A stretch of DNA of 62,353 nucleotides, counting the filler. It is 5 parts of 5 records of this genome, joined end to end, with 100 filler letters (N's around TTAATTAATTAA, not from the genome) between each part and the next. Parts side by side here need not be neighbours in the genome. Positions count along the whole stretch, not along the records: positions 1 to 17,549 come from SRR9188677_99; positions 17,650 to 37,470 come from SRR9188677_108; 3 more parts are not named here. The stretch is one strand, 5' to 3'. The translations under genes were made by a program, and so were the position numbers. Shown piece after piece: positions 9,110-20,600 of this stretch. The notes beneath the pieces are model-generated. The model did no database searches. It had not been told where the DNA came from and worked only from the letters and a program-made list of their open reading frames with translations. Numbering within the stretch: position 1 is the first letter of the stretch; each line of letters begins with the position of its first letter.

Positions 9110-9775
9110 ATGAAATCGAAAATTAATGTCGTACTTCTTGGAATATTTACATTGCTAGTAAATATATCATGTGCTAAAGGTTCTGATAATCAGAAAAATA
9201 CAGAAAAAATGAACAATGAAAAAGTCAATCTTGAAGGAACAGAAGTAGTGACGTTCGGAGCGGGATGTTTTTGGTGCGTAGAAGCCATTTTTCAACAGGT
9301 AGAAGGTGTTGTAAAGGTAGAGTCTGGCTATTCTGGCGGAAAAGTTAAAAACCCAACTTACAAAGAAGTTTGTACGGGACTTACTGGCCATGCAGAAGTT
9401 GTGCAAGTAACATTCGACCCAAAGAAAATTTCTTTCGATAAAATTTTAGAAATTTTCTGGAAAACACATGATCCTACTACCTTGAATCGTCAAGGTGCTG
9501 ATGAAGGTCCGCAATATCGTTCGGCGGTTTTTTATCATAACGAAGCTCAGAAGAAAACAGCAGAAATTTGGAAAGCTAAATTGAATGCTGAACATGTTTT
9601 TCCGAATCCAATTGTTACAGAAATTACAGCTTTTACAGTATTTTATCCTGCTGAAGATTATCACCAAGATTATTATGAACTGAATGGGCATAATCCATAT
9701 TGCCAAGTAGTGATAAAACCAAAATTGGAAAAATTTACGAAGGTCTTCAAAGAGAATTTGAAGAAAATGAACTAG
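9110..9775 (+). CDS. msrA: Peptide-methionine (S)-S-oxide reductase, probable lipoprotein
   Basis: GAGCFWC, GHAEVVQV, HDPTTLNRQG and AEDYHQDYY motifs; N-terminal lipobox-like LVNISC. Confidence 0.95.
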   Translation: MKSKINVVLLGIFTLLVNISCAKGSDNQKNTEKMNNEKVNLEGTEVVTFGAGCFWCVEAIFQQVEGVVKVESGYSGGKVKNPTYKEVCTGLTGHAEVVQVTFDPKKISFDKILEIFWKTHDPTTLNRQGADEGPQYRSAVFYHNEAQKKTAEIWKAKLNAEHVFPNPIVTEITAFTVFYPAEDYHQDYYELNGHNPYCQVVIKPKLEKFTKVFKENLKKMN

Positions 9776-10002
9776 TTCAACAGAGACAATTATTTAAAAG
9801 GTTAAATTTGAGAAAATTTAGCCTTTTTTATTTTGAATAAAAATTAAGAAAGTCATTAATAAGACATTTATCAATATTGATGTGCTTTAAATTTGAGTTT
9901 GAATGAATACAAAGCGTTAATAAATTGTATTTTTAAAAGATAGAACTCACTGCCACAAATTACTGTTTAGAAAATTAAGCATATTATACAATCCATCAAC
10001 AG

Positions 10003-12078
10003 ATGAAAAAGTTACTTTTTAGTTTATTTATTTTACTTATTTGTTCAGTAGCAATTTCTGCTCAAAAAATTACACCTGCCAAATGGTCTTGGGCTTTATC
10101 AAAAGCAAATCCTGCTGTTGGAGAAACGGTTGACATCGTTTTTACAGTCAATATTCAAGATGATTGGTATTTGTATTCTTCAGATTTTAGTGAAGATTTA
10201 GGCCCAACCGTTACGACGATTAAATTAAAAGCGAACGATACTTATGAGGCCGTTGGTGGCTTGAAAGCTATTAATCCCATAAAGAAATTCGACAAGGAAA
10301 TCTGGAATGGAGAATATACTTACTTCAAGCACAAAGCAACCTTTCGCCAAACTGTCAAGGTTTTAAAAGAGAAATTTCTGATTGAAGGTGCTTACGATAG
10401 CCAGTCGTGTTCAGATGCTTCAGGTCAATGTGTACCTGTAAAAGGTGTTTTCTCTTTAGCTGGAGCTGAAAAAAAAAACAGTAATGAAGTCGAAGAAAAG
10501 CTTGTAAAGCCAATTGAAACTACTGTTGTTCCACCCGTTATTAGTAAAGATACGGTTTTAGCAAAAACAGATTCTGTCGCTAAAGCTGATACTTTGACTT
10601 CTGCCAAAACCGATGCGATAGTTGAAACAAGCGTTGAAGAAACACCTGTAGTAGAAGAATCACTTTTTACTTTTTTCTGGGTAGCTTTTGGGGCAGGTTT
10701 ATTGGCATTATTAACGCCATGTGTGTATCCGCTTATTCCGATGACGGTGAGTTTTTTCACTAAACAAAAAGGTGGTAGAAAATTAGCATTTCTTTATGGC
10801 TTTTCGATTGTAGCCATTTATGTATTATTCGGTACATTAATCGCTGCCTTGGCTGGTCCGGGCTTTGCCAATTGGCTAAGTACGCATTGGATTCCTAATA
10901 TGCTGTTTTTTGTCATTTTTGTTTTCTTCGGAATCTCATTTTTGGGCTGGTTTGAAATTGTTTTGCCTTCCAATTTTGTCAATAAAATAGATGCTCAGTC
11001 AGACAGAGGTGGAATCATCGGGGTTTTCTTCATGGCATTTACTTTGGTTTTAGTTTCTTTCTCTTGTACTGGTCCTGTGGCTGGCTCGATTTTGATTGCT
11101 TCTGCCCAAGGCGAAATTATTAAGCCTGTCATTGGAATGTTGGGCTTTTCATTAGCCTTTGCTATCCCATTTACTTTGTTTGCTATTTTTCCACAATGGT
11201 TGAAAAACTTGCCAAAATCTGGCGGTTGGATGAATTCGGTAAAAGTAATTTTAGGCTTTTTAGAATTAGCTTTAGCCCTTAAATTTTTAAGTACTGCCGA
11301 CCAAGTATATCACTGGGGAATTTTAGACAGAGAAGTATATTTGGCTTTATGGATTGTGATTTTCGCTTTGATTGGTTTATATTTATTAGGAAAAATCCAA
11401 TTACCGCACGACGATAAAACAGATAAAGTAAGCGTGCCAAAAATGTTAATGGCAATTTTAGTTTTTGCTTTTGTCGTTTATATGATTCCCGGAATGTTTG
11501 GTGCGCCTTTAAAAGCTTTGGCTGGTTGGTTACCTCCGCTTACTACGCAAGATTTTGTTTCGTCTGGTTCTTCCCAGAAATCTGAAGGTGATGCAAATTT
11601 CCCGAAACCGAAATATAGCGAGTTCCTTACTTTGCCACATGGACTTCAAGGTTTTTTTGATTATGAAGAAGCAGTAGCATATTCTAAAAAAGTAAATAAA
11701 CCAATCTTTATAGATTTTACAGGTCACGGTTGTGTGAACTGTAGAAAAATGGAAGAAAACGTTTGGTCAGACCCAGCAGTGTTGAAACGTTTGAAAGAAG
11801 ATTACGTAGTGGTGGCTTTGTATGTGGACGATAAAACAGAATTAGCCAAAGAAAAATGGTACACTTCTAAAGATGACGGACAAGAAAAAACGTCGATGGG
11901 TGACCAGAATTTAGATTTTCAGATTGTAAGATTCAACGGAAATGCACAGCCATATTATTGTTTGGTCAATCCTAATGATGAAAAAGGTACTTTGGCTGCA
12001 CCAAAAGCATTTGATTTGAATGTTGAAAACTTTGTAAAGTTTTTGGACGAAGGAAAAGCAAAGTATGCTTCGAAGTAA
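10003..12078 (+). CDS. dsbD: Thiol:disulfide interchange protein DsbD family
   Basis: N-terminal Ig-like domain with CSDASGQC; TM domain with LTPCVYP and SFSCTGP; C-terminal thioredoxin domain FTGHGCVNC. Confidence 0.9.
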   Translation: MKKLLFSLFILLICSVAISAQKITPAKWSWALSKANPAVGETVDIVFTVNIQDDWYLYSSDFSEDLGPTVTTIKLKANDTYEAVGGLKAINPIKKFDKEIWNGEYTYFKHKATFRQTVKVLKEKFLIEGAYDSQSCSDASGQCVPVKGVFSLAGAEKKNSNEVEEKLVKPIETTVVPPVISKDTVLAKTDSVAKADTLTSAKTDAIVETSVEETPVVEESLFTFFWVAFGAGLLALLTPCVYPLIPMTVSFFTKQKGGRKLAFLYGFSIVAIYVLFGTLIAALAGPGFANWLSTHWIPNMLFFVIFVFFGISFLGWFEIVLPSNFVNKIDAQSDRGGIIGVFFMAFTLVLVSFSCTGPVAGSILIASAQGEIIKPVIGMLGFSLAFAIPFTLFAIFPQWLKNLPKSGGWMNSVKVILGFLELALALKFLSTADQVYHWGILDREVYLALWIVIFALIGLYLLGKIQLPHDDKTDKVSVPKMLMAILVFAFVVYMIPGMFGAPLKALAGWLPPLTTQDFVSSGSSQKSEGDANFPKPKYSEFLTLPHGLQGFFDYEEAVAYSKKVNKPIFIDFTGHGCVNCRKMEENVWSDPAVLKRLKEDYVVVALYVDDKTELAKEKWYTSKDDGQEKTSMGDQNLDFQIVRFNGNAQPYYCLVNPNDEKGTLAAPKAFDLNVENFVKFLDEGKAKYASK

Positions 12079-12098
12079 TAATTTTATTAGTTAAAATG

Positions 12099-12133
12099 AA
12101 GAGAGGTTTGCATCGACAAACCTCTCTTTTTTT
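12099..12133. terminator. Intrinsic terminator after dsbD
   Basis: AAGAGAGGTTTG-N6-CAAACCTCTCTT plus T-run. Confidence 0.8.
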
Positions 12134-12617
12134 ATGGCAAAAACCTCAAACGATTTAAGGCTTGTTGTTCAAGTCTGACTAATCTTTCCATTTCTTCTTC
12201 ATACAAATTTGATTTTACTTCTAAGAAAATAAAGAATTGGTAATCTGAATACTTTTGGAAAGTAAAACGGATTCTTTCTACTTGAAAATCCGAAGTAATA
12301 ACAGCAACAATGTCTGGCTCATATCGATTAATAATTCTTTGACAAAGTTGAATGTCGTCCATCACATTTTCGCCAAGAGCAAACTCTACAAAACGATTAT
12401 GCGCAATGCCTTCTTCTAACAAGAAATTTTGCAAATATTGTGCGTGCGGATATTCTGAAGTATTAAAATGACTCCCAAAGCCACCCGTACAAAGCACATG
12501 AAATTCAGGATTATTTTTCAGGAATTTTAAAGAACCCAATACTCTATCAATCGCAATCGGAGAAAGATTACCATCGTAAGTATTAGTATCAGCCATCACA
12601 ATCAGTAATCTATTCAT
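12132..12617 (-). CDS. YdcF/DUF218-like protein
   Basis: LSPIAIDR, VLCTGGFG and VITSDFQVER resemble DUF218 motifs; the usual H of TSxxH is Q here. Confidence 0.65.
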   Translation of the reverse strand: MNRLLIVMADTNTYDGNLSPIAIDRVLGSLKFLKNNPEFHVLCTGGFGSHFNTSEYPHAQYLQNFLLEEGIAHNRFVEFALGENVMDDIQLCQRIINRYEPDIVAVITSDFQVERIRFTFQKYSDYQFFIFLEVKSNLYEEEMERLVRLEQQALNRLRFLP

Positions 12618-12763
12618 ATTAAAATACTATTTAATAATTTATTATTCTTATTTGATAGAAGTCTTCAACAAAGATAAGCCCAGAATCTGCAAATAGTTTT
12701 TCCCTTTGAAAAGGAATTTATTCAAAACGTTTAACTTTGTGGCTCAAAAAACTGTCAAACCTT

Positions 12764-13285
12764 ATGAATCTTACCCTTTCTCAAGATGCTGATAAGGCAT
12801 CTATCTTTGAACAAATTGCTGCTGCTTTGGCGGAGGATAATTTTAATGTTGTAAAGCAAGACCAAACTCGCCCTTGGGGAGGTTTTTTTGTGATTGATGA
12901 AGCACAAGCACCAGCTTTTGCAGCGAAGTATTTTCCACATTTGGAAATGTCTGAAATTCAAATTACCAATAAATTATCACCTAAAATTTTGGTAGTAGCA
13001 CCAGAGAAACGTTTGTCTTGGCAATACCATTTCCGTCGTGCTGAAATCTGGAAAGTAATTGCTGGCACAACTGTCGGAGTAAAAATTAGTGATACCGACG
13101 AAGAATCAGAAGAAGTAAAAGTGCTAGAATCTGGAAGTTTTATTCAAATGGATACTGGCGAACGCCACCGTTTAATCGGTTTATCTGGTTGGGGTATTGT
13201 TGCAGAAATTTGGCAACATACTGACCCTGAAAAACCTTCTGATGAAGACGATATTGTTAGATTACAAGATGATTTTGGAAGATAA
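12764..13285 (+). CDS. Mannose-6-phosphate isomerase type II-like cupin
   Basis: TRPWGGF, RLSWQYHFRRAEIW, ERHRL and EDDIVRLQDDFGR motifs. ATG 12764 is preferred because TAACTTTG (-7 box) overlaps the track's TTG start. Confidence 0.8.
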   Translation: MNLTLSQDADKASIFEQIAAALAEDNFNVVKQDQTRPWGGFFVIDEAQAPAFAAKYFPHLEMSEIQITNKLSPKILVVAPEKRLSWQYHFRRAEIWKVIAGTTVGVKISDTDEESEEVKVLESGSFIQMDTGERHRLIGLSGWGIVAEIWQHTDPEKPSDEDDIVRLQDDFGR

Positions 13286-13342
13286 TTCCAACCATTATTT
13301 CATAAATTACGTCACTGATTTATTAGAGTATAAACCAACAAT

Positions 13343-13386
13343 AAAAAAGACCGTCAAGAACATGAAGTTTTCTGACGGTCTTTTTT
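13343..13386. terminator. Intrinsic terminator
   Basis: AAAAAAGACCGTCA...TGACGGTCTTTTTT. Confidence 0.8.
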
Positions 13387-13652
13387 GTGTTCTAAGCTTT
13401 TAAAAAAGAAAGCGAGATATGATAAAATTGGTACGTTTTTTGAAATTAAAATTTTGAAAAAATACATTTTGGAGAAAATATTTATAATCAGGACAGAGAG
13501 GGATATAAAAAAAATACAAATAATTTTCGAGTGATTAAAGTACTTTACTTTACAATTATTTAACATAACCTACACATATTAAATCTATAGTGATTCCAGA
13601 ATGTTGTAGCCGTTTATCATAGTCATTCGCCTTTTCTAAAAAAAGTCATAAA

Positions 13653-13718
13653 AAACTTTGTGACAGATGAAAGTTTCCATAGCTTTGCAATAAGAAACTT
13701 TTAATGTTTCTAAAGTTT
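13653..13718. promoter_or_regulatory. Two putative TetR operators AAACTTT-N10-AAAGTTT flanking a -7 box
   Basis: Copies at 13653-13676 and 13695-13718; TAGCTTTG at 13680-13687 lies between them, upstream of tetR. Confidence 0.7.
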
Positions 13719-13740
13719 CCGTACCAAATTTTTATATCAA

Positions 13741-14343
13741 TTGGAAATTAAAGAAAGAATCATCAAAAAGTCGAAAGAACTTTTTTTCCGTTACGGGGTA
13801 AAGTCCGTTACGATGGATGATATTGCAAACGAATTGGGAATCTCCAAAAAAACAATTTATCTACATTTTGAAGACAAAGATGATATTGTGTATCAATTGT
13901 TTCTGGGTGAAATGAAAGAAGATAAATGCGAATGGGACGATTTATACAATAATACCAGCAATGTCATTGAAAGAATGGTAAAATCAATGGAGTTAATGAA
14001 GCAGGCATTTTCTGAGGTAAATCCTACAACATTGTTTGATATCAAGAAGTATCATCCCAGATCATGGAATATTTTTCAAGAACATAAGCAACGCTTTATT
14101 TTTGAAAACCTTAAAAAAGACTTAGTTGAAGGTATTGAACAAGGTTATTTTAGACCAGAAATCAAAATAGATATTCTGGCAAAAATGAGGTTAGAACAAA
14201 TTGAAATGGGTTTTGATCCTCATATTTTTTCCATTACCCAACATACTTTAGTAGAAGTACAATTAGAACTTTTAGACCATTTTATTCGAGGCGTTTTAAC
14301 GAATAAAGGAACACAAATTTATAATGAATACCAACCCAAGTAA
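13741..14343 (+). CDS. TetR/AcrR family regulator
   Basis: HTH VTMDDIANELGISKKTIYLHF; TTG start. Confidence 0.93.
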   Translation: MEIKERIIKKSKELFFRYGVKSVTMDDIANELGISKKTIYLHFEDKDDIVYQLFLGEMKEDKCEWDDLYNNTSNVIERMVKSMELMKQAFSEVNPTTLFDIKKYHPRSWNIFQEHKQRFIFENLKKDLVEGIEQGYFRPEIKIDILAKMRLEQIEMGFDPHIFSITQHTLVEVQLELLDHFIRGVLTNKGTQIYNEYQPK

Positions 14344-15700
14344 ACTTCCAATGAGAAAATTTCTAAGAGGTAATTTGCTGTTATTTAGCATCTTAATTAC
14401 TTCGCAAATCGTAAAAGCTCAGCAAAGCTACTCTCTTCGTGAAGCAGTAGATTATGCTGTTAAGAATCATACCTCTATTAAAAATGCTCAAATTGATATT
14501 CTGACTGCTGAAGCAAGAGTAAGTGAGTTAAAGGGGATTGGTTTACCTCAAGTAAGTGCTAATATTGGTTATACCAATAACATTATCATTCCTAAAGTAT
14601 TTATTCCTGCTAAAACATTTGACCCAAATGCTAAAGAAGGTGATGTAATAGCGGCTGAGTTTGGTGTTGCTAATAGCGGACAAGCGGGTATAAACCTTAG
14701 CCAAATTTTATTTGATGGTTCGTATTTATTGGGCTTAAAAGCAGCAGATGTTTACAAAGAATTATCTAAAAAATCTTTGGTACAAACTAAACTTCAAGCA
14801 GCTGAAAATGTGACGAAAACATATTATGCTATCTTGGTGAATGATGAGAGAATTAAATTGTTTAGCCTGAACATTGGTCGTTTAGATTCGTTATTGCGTG
14901 ATACAAGAGCATTGAATGCACAAGGGTTTGTAGAGAAAATAGACGTTCAACGCCTTGAAGTACAGCTGAATAATTTGAAAATTGAAATGAAAAATGTAAG
15001 TCGTTTACAAGATTTAACTTACAATCTCTTGAAATTTCAAATGGGCAATAAAATCAATGACAGTATTACTTTGACAGATAAATTGAGTGATATTAATATG
15101 GCTGAAGTAATGCCTGAAATACCTCAAGATTTCAAATATGCAAATCGTATTGAATATTCGATGTTGGAAACGCAAAACCGTTTGGCTGAATTGGATTTGA
15201 AAAACCAAAAAGTAGGATATTTTCCAAGAGTTATGCTAACGGGTGGTTATAACTATTCTGCGGGTCGTCCGAAGTTCACAGATTTAATTACCAAACCTTG
15301 GGTAAATGCTGCAACACTTGGCTTTGCGATACAAGTACCAATTTTTGATGGTTTCCAAAGAAAATACAAGATTGCGCAGTCGCAAAATAGTTTGCAGCAA
15401 ATCAAAAATAACTTCGGCTTATTAGAAAACTCGATTGACTTACAAATCAAGCAAGGTCATATTTCGTTGAAAAATGCTTACGAAACTCTCCAAGAGCAGA
15501 AATCTAATATGGAATTGGCGAAAGAAGTTGTAAGAGTTTCTAAAATAAAATACCAACAAGGTGTAGGTTCAAACTTGGAAGTTGTGAATGCTGAGATTGC
15601 CTACAAAGAATCTCAAATCAATTACTTCACTACTTTCTATGATGCCTTGGTTGCAAAAGTAGATTTAGATAAAGCACTTGGTCGTCTTTACAGTGAATAA
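14324..15700 (+). CDS. TolC family outer membrane efflux protein
   Basis: Signal peptide, OEP repeats, KYQQGVGSNLEV. The start could be ATG 14351. Confidence 0.9.
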   Translation: MNTNPSKLPMRKFLRGNLLLFSILITSQIVKAQQSYSLREAVDYAVKNHTSIKNAQIDILTAEARVSELKGIGLPQVSANIGYTNNIIIPKVFIPAKTFDPNAKEGDVIAAEFGVANSGQAGINLSQILFDGSYLLGLKAADVYKELSKKSLVQTKLQAAENVTKTYYAILVNDERIKLFSLNIGRLDSLLRDTRALNAQGFVEKIDVQRLEVQLNNLKIEMKNVSRLQDLTYNLLKFQMGNKINDSITLTDKLSDINMAEVMPEIPQDFKYANRIEYSMLETQNRLAELDLKNQKVGYFPRVMLTGGYNYSAGRPKFTDLITKPWVNAATLGFAIQVPIFDGFQRKYKIAQSQNSLQQIKNNFGLLENSIDLQIKQGHISLKNAYETLQEQKSNMELAKEVVRVSKIKYQQGVGSNLEVVNAEIAYKESQINYFTTFYDALVAKVDLDKALGRLYSE

Positions 15701-15757
15701 ATTCAACAAAAACATTAAATAATTTAGATTATAAAAGAAATTTACCCTCATATCAAC

Positions 15758-16921
15758 ATGAAATCTTTATTGAATAAACCAAATACCTCTAAGCTCGCTG
15801 GGCTTCAATTATTATTGGTGGGGAGTATGTTAACAAGTACTTTATTCTTGACGTCTTGTAGCAAACCAGTTGATAAAAAAGCTGAATTGGCAGCATTGAA
15901 AGCTGAACAAAAAGAACTTGATGTTAAAATCAAAGCCCTTGAAAAAGAAGTAGGCTTAAGTACAGAAAAAGCAGAAGCTAAGGTGATTACTGTAGCGGTA
16001 ACGCCAATTCAAGCAGAAAGCTTCAAACATTTTGTAGAAGTACAAGGTGTGGTTACTTCTAAAAACATTCTTCAAGTTACACCACAAATGGGTGGTACAA
16101 TTACAAGTTTATTGATTGTAGAAGGTCAAGCTGTGAAAAAAGGACAATTGGTTGCAACAATTGATAATAATGTATTGAAAGAATCTTTGGCTGAAATCAA
16201 GCATCAGTTAGAATTAGCAGTTACTTTATACAACAAGCAAAAAACACTTTGGGATCAACAAATTGGTACAGAAGTACAATACCTTCAAGCAAAGGCAAAT
16301 AAGGAAGCATTGGAGAAACGTATTGTAACGATGGAAGCACAATTGGCAATGAGCAAAGTATATGCGCCGATTTCTGGAACAGTTGAAAAAGTTAATCAGA
16401 AAGCGGGAGAGATGGGTGCTCCGGGTGCAGCAATTGCTCAAATTGTTAATGTAGGTGACTTGAAAATCACTGCTAAAATTGCGGATACTTATGTTGGTTC
16501 TGTGAAACAAGGTGCTAGTATGACAGTGAAATTTCCAGACATCAATAAAGAGCTGAGCACAAGAATTTCAGTGGTAAACGCTTTGGTTGACCCTTTAACA
16601 AGAACATTTGGCATCGAAGCTAATATTCCAAGTTTAGGAGGAAGTTTAAAACCAAACCAAGTAGCTATTGTAAATATTAATGATTTAACAAAAGCGAATT
16701 CATTGGTTGTGAATCAAAACATTATTCAAAAAACAGAATTGGGTGATATTGTATATGTAGCAGTGACTGAAAACGGCAAAAAAGTAGCTCGTAGTAAAGT
16801 TGTTAAGAAAGGTATTGCATACAACGGAAGTATTGAAATTTTAGAAGGACTTACTGCTGGTGATTTGGTAATTACACAAGGTTATCAAGAACTAGTAGAT
16901 GGTACTCCTGTGGCTTATTAA
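15758..16921 (+). CDS. RND efflux periplasmic adaptor, lipoprotein
   Basis: Lipobox LTSC; VEGQAVKKGQLVA and VYAPISGTV motifs. Confidence 0.92.
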   Translation: MKSLLNKPNTSKLAGLQLLLVGSMLTSTLFLTSCSKPVDKKAELAALKAEQKELDVKIKALEKEVGLSTEKAEAKVITVAVTPIQAESFKHFVEVQGVVTSKNILQVTPQMGGTITSLLIVEGQAVKKGQLVATIDNNVLKESLAEIKHQLELAVTLYNKQKTLWDQQIGTEVQYLQAKANKEALEKRIVTMEAQLAMSKVYAPISGTVEKVNQKAGEMGAPGAAIAQIVNVGDLKITAKIADTYVGSVKQGASMTVKFPDINKELSTRISVVNALVDPLTRTFGIEANIPSLGGSLKPNQVAIVNINDLTKANSLVVNQNIIQKTELGDIVYVAVTENGKKVARSKVVKKGIAYNGSIEILEGLTAGDLVITQGYQELVDGTPVAY

Positions 16922-16973
16922 CAATAACAATTGTCTGAACCACCATTAACAATACTATCACTCAAGTTTTATC

Positions 16974-17549
16974 ATGAAAGAACAAGAAGAAAACGAAGCC
17001 CTCACCAACGAGAAACACGGTTCAGGTGCTATATATGACATGATTGGTTGGTTAGCAACTAATCAAAAAACGGTGTACTTATTCACCGTAGTGTTGTTCG
17101 TCGTCGGTATAGTGATTTATAATATTTTACCGAAAGAACAATTTCCAGATATTAAAGTACCGCAAATTTATGTTCAAACAATTTATGCTGGTACAACGCC
17201 TGGAGATATTGAAAATACCATTACTAAACCCATTGAAAAGCAAATCAAGACGATTGCTGGGGTGAAAAAAGTAAAGTCAAACTCTTTACAAGATTTCTCG
17301 ATTATTCTTGTAGAATTCAATCCTGATGTAAAAGTTGACGATGCTTTAAGAAAAGTAAAAGATAAAGTTGATATTGTAGAATTACCCAAAGATTTAACAA
17401 AAAAGCCTGTTGTTCAGGATGTTAACTTTTCAGAATTTCCGATTATGAACATCAACTTGGCGGGGAATTTTCCATTGTCGAAGTTGAAAGATTTTGCCGA
17501 AGATTTACAAGATGAGATTGAAGGTTTACCAGAAATTACTCGTGTAGAT
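16974..17549 (+). CDS. RND efflux permease, truncated at contig end
   Basis: LPKEQFPDI, YAGTTPGDIENTITKPIEK and SIILVEF motifs; runs into the N linker. Confidence 0.9.
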
Positions 17550-17649
17550 NNNNNNNNNNNNNNNNNNNNNNNNNNNNNNNNNNNNNNNNNNNNTTAATTA
17601 ATTAANNNNNNNNNNNNNNNNNNNNNNNNNNNNNNNNNNNNNNNNNNNN
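17550..17649. other. Artificial contig linker
   Basis: N44-TTAATTAATTAA-N44, with stops in all six frames. Confidence 0.98.
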
Positions 17650-20600
17650 GAAACCGTTTTTACCAAACTTAAATCTGCACGTTGAGTAACCGTTACGGTT
17701 GCTGTTGAAGTATTGTTAGCTAATGAATTGGGATCATCTTCAGTACCAGTAATTGTTGCAGTATTGGCAATTGAACCTGTTCTGGTTAATCTTACATTAA
17801 TTAAAAGTATTTTATTTGAACCTTCCGATAAGCTACCAACATTCCAAACACCTGTTGTGCTATTATATTGACCTGTAGGAATAGCACTTACAAAAGTGGC
17901 TCCTTGTGGTAATAAATCTGTAACTGTTACATTGTTAGAATTTAACGTACCAATATTTCTAGCATCAATTGTATAGGCAATTTCCTGACCTAATAAATAA
18001 GATGGAGATGTTGAAGCATCAGGAGAAGTAATAACCGTTTTTACAACAGCTAAATCAGTAAAACATTTTTTTACTTTGAATGAAATTGAAGTACGGTCAC
18101 TCACACAACCTTCTGGACTTGTCGCTTCAGCAAAATATGTAAAAGTACCTTCGCTAGTTGGGCTTACGGCAAAACCTAAGTCAGAACCAATACCAATCGC
18201 CGTTGTACTTGTGGCAGAGGTGTACCATTTAATGGTATTACCTGCACTCACCGCAAATAATTTAGTTGAACTTCCTAAGCAAATAAGCGTGTCACTTTTC
18301 AAATTTAAAGGTGCTACTGGTTTTGCTTTAATCGTTAATATCGTATTAGCAACAGCTGCATTACAAACTGAAACGGCTCCGTCTGGGTCATTCGATGTAA
18401 ATGTTAAAACAATTGAACCGTCTGTCATATCAGCCGCAGATGGCGTATATTTTGCTGTTAAGCTATTGGCATTATCAAAAGTTCCTGTTCCATCTGTCGT
18501 CCATACACCACTTATTGCTCCTCCACTCAAAATAGCATTTAATTGTACAGGACTTGCAACGCCTCCACAAATTGGTAAAAGTGCTGTTAAACTAACTACT
18601 GGAGGATTAGTACATTGACAAGAATTAATATTTACAACAACCATTGCGCCATCGCTGTAACAACCATTGCTTGATTTTTCGAAAAGGAAATAAGTTCCTG
18701 CACCAATAGCAGTAGGATTTGAAATAACTGCCGAAGAAGTTGAATTAGCAGTATGCCATTCAAAAGTTCCACCAGCCGAAACAGTACTTGTAATGGCATC
18801 AGCCAAATTCACTGTAGTAGCATTAATAGCACAATTATTAGCAATACTTGCAATTACTGATGGCGTTGTAGGTTTCGGAGTAACTGCTATTTCAACAGAC
18901 GCTTTTTCACTTGGACAAGCACTACCTGTTGTACTAACAATACTTAAAAAATAAGTAGTCGTTTGTGTTGGCGATACTGTGATTGAAGAAGTAGTAGCAA
19001 ATGGAGTGGTAGCAGTAGCCGAAGTAAACCATTGGAAAATTGGATTTGTAACGCCCGGAGTTCCTATTGTTACTGTTCCACCTGCGCACACTGTTGTTCC
19101 TAATATAAATGGAGCGGCCAAAGTAGTTTTTACAGTAAATCCTACACCTATAGCATCTAATTGCGCACATTTTCCACTTGTATTAATGGTCGTTTCTAAA
19201 TCACTTGCTTTAGTAACCCCAAAAATGATAGATGATAAATTCAAGAAATTGCTATTAGCTGAATTGGCATCATATACTAAAGTGAATATTTTATAATCAT
19301 CAGGAAGTCCAACAGTAAATGAAGGCGTACTGCTAATTTGTTGGATTGTATTAGTAGTCCCTTTTGTTAAAATATAACTTACAGAATAATTAGTAGGTAC
19401 TGTTGGCGATACACCCGTTGTTCCAGTAAGAACAACCGTCCCACCTGCCGCTGGCAAACACAAACTTGTATTAGTTGCGGTTAAAGTTCCAGTTCCAATA
19501 ATACAGTCTGAAACCAAACCTGCTCCAATTGTTAGATTATCTCTACCAACATCACCAGTAGGTTTCGTTACATCAATTGCAATATTGTTTGTAAAACCAC
19601 CTGTTCCTGCATCAGAGTCATTATTAACATTACTTCCAGGAGCATTAGGTGTTACAAATGTTCTTCCAGATGGTAAAATAAATTTTACTTTGTAAGAACC
19701 CGACATTAAATCACTGAATAAGTATCTTCCTCCGTCAGCAGTAACATCCGTTGCTAAAAGCGTATTATCAGTAGCATCATACAATTCAACCGTAATACCA
19801 TTTAAACCAGCTTCACCTGTATTTCTAATTCCATTGCCATCAACATCACTCCAAACAACACTTCCAATCGAACCAAATGCACCCGGTATAAATTTAATCG
19901 CACAACATCCATTTACTGGGCAACGTCCATTATTGGCTGTAAAAGCAAATTCTGTATAATCAGTGATTGCTGTTATTCTGATGTTTCCATCTGGCAAAAG
20001 CGTAACACCAGAAGTAGTACTGGTAACAACTGTTGGAGTACCTGAAACTCCTACTTTTTTAGTCCAAATGATATTTGTGAAACCTGTTGGTAAACTCGTT
20101 GTATATTCATCTCCATTATAAAAATACTCTTCAATTGAAAAACAAGTAGCATCTTGGTCATCTTCTAAAATCAAATGATTATTTGGTGTAGAATCTGTGT
20201 CTTGTTCTGTCTCTTTCGTAATTTCTGCAGTATTATACCAAAAACCTCTTTGTGTAACAGTAGCAACGATGGTCATCGTAAGTTCTGCTGTACTTCCAGC
20301 TACTTCGCCAACATTCCAAATTACACTCGTAATGCCAGATGTTGTACTAGTTGTAGCAGAACCAACACCATTTACATTCAATGATTTGAACGTAACACCT
20401 TGAGGCAAGACATCGGTTAATTCTACTCCTGTGGCTTTATCAGGATTGATATTGGTAATTTTTACGGTATAAGTAATGTCTGTACCAACTGCTGGGCTTT
20501 GATTGCTGACGCTTGTACTTACCGACAAATCTGGCAAGGCAGCAACAGTTTTGAATGATGAAACCAGTGTCAGAAACATTACTCCAACAAAAGCACGACA

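Noticed and set aside
18076..20403. Plus-strand ORFs up to 180 aa opposite the adhesin
   Set aside because: Antisense shadows of a Thr/Val/Ala-rich gene, with no recognisable motifs.
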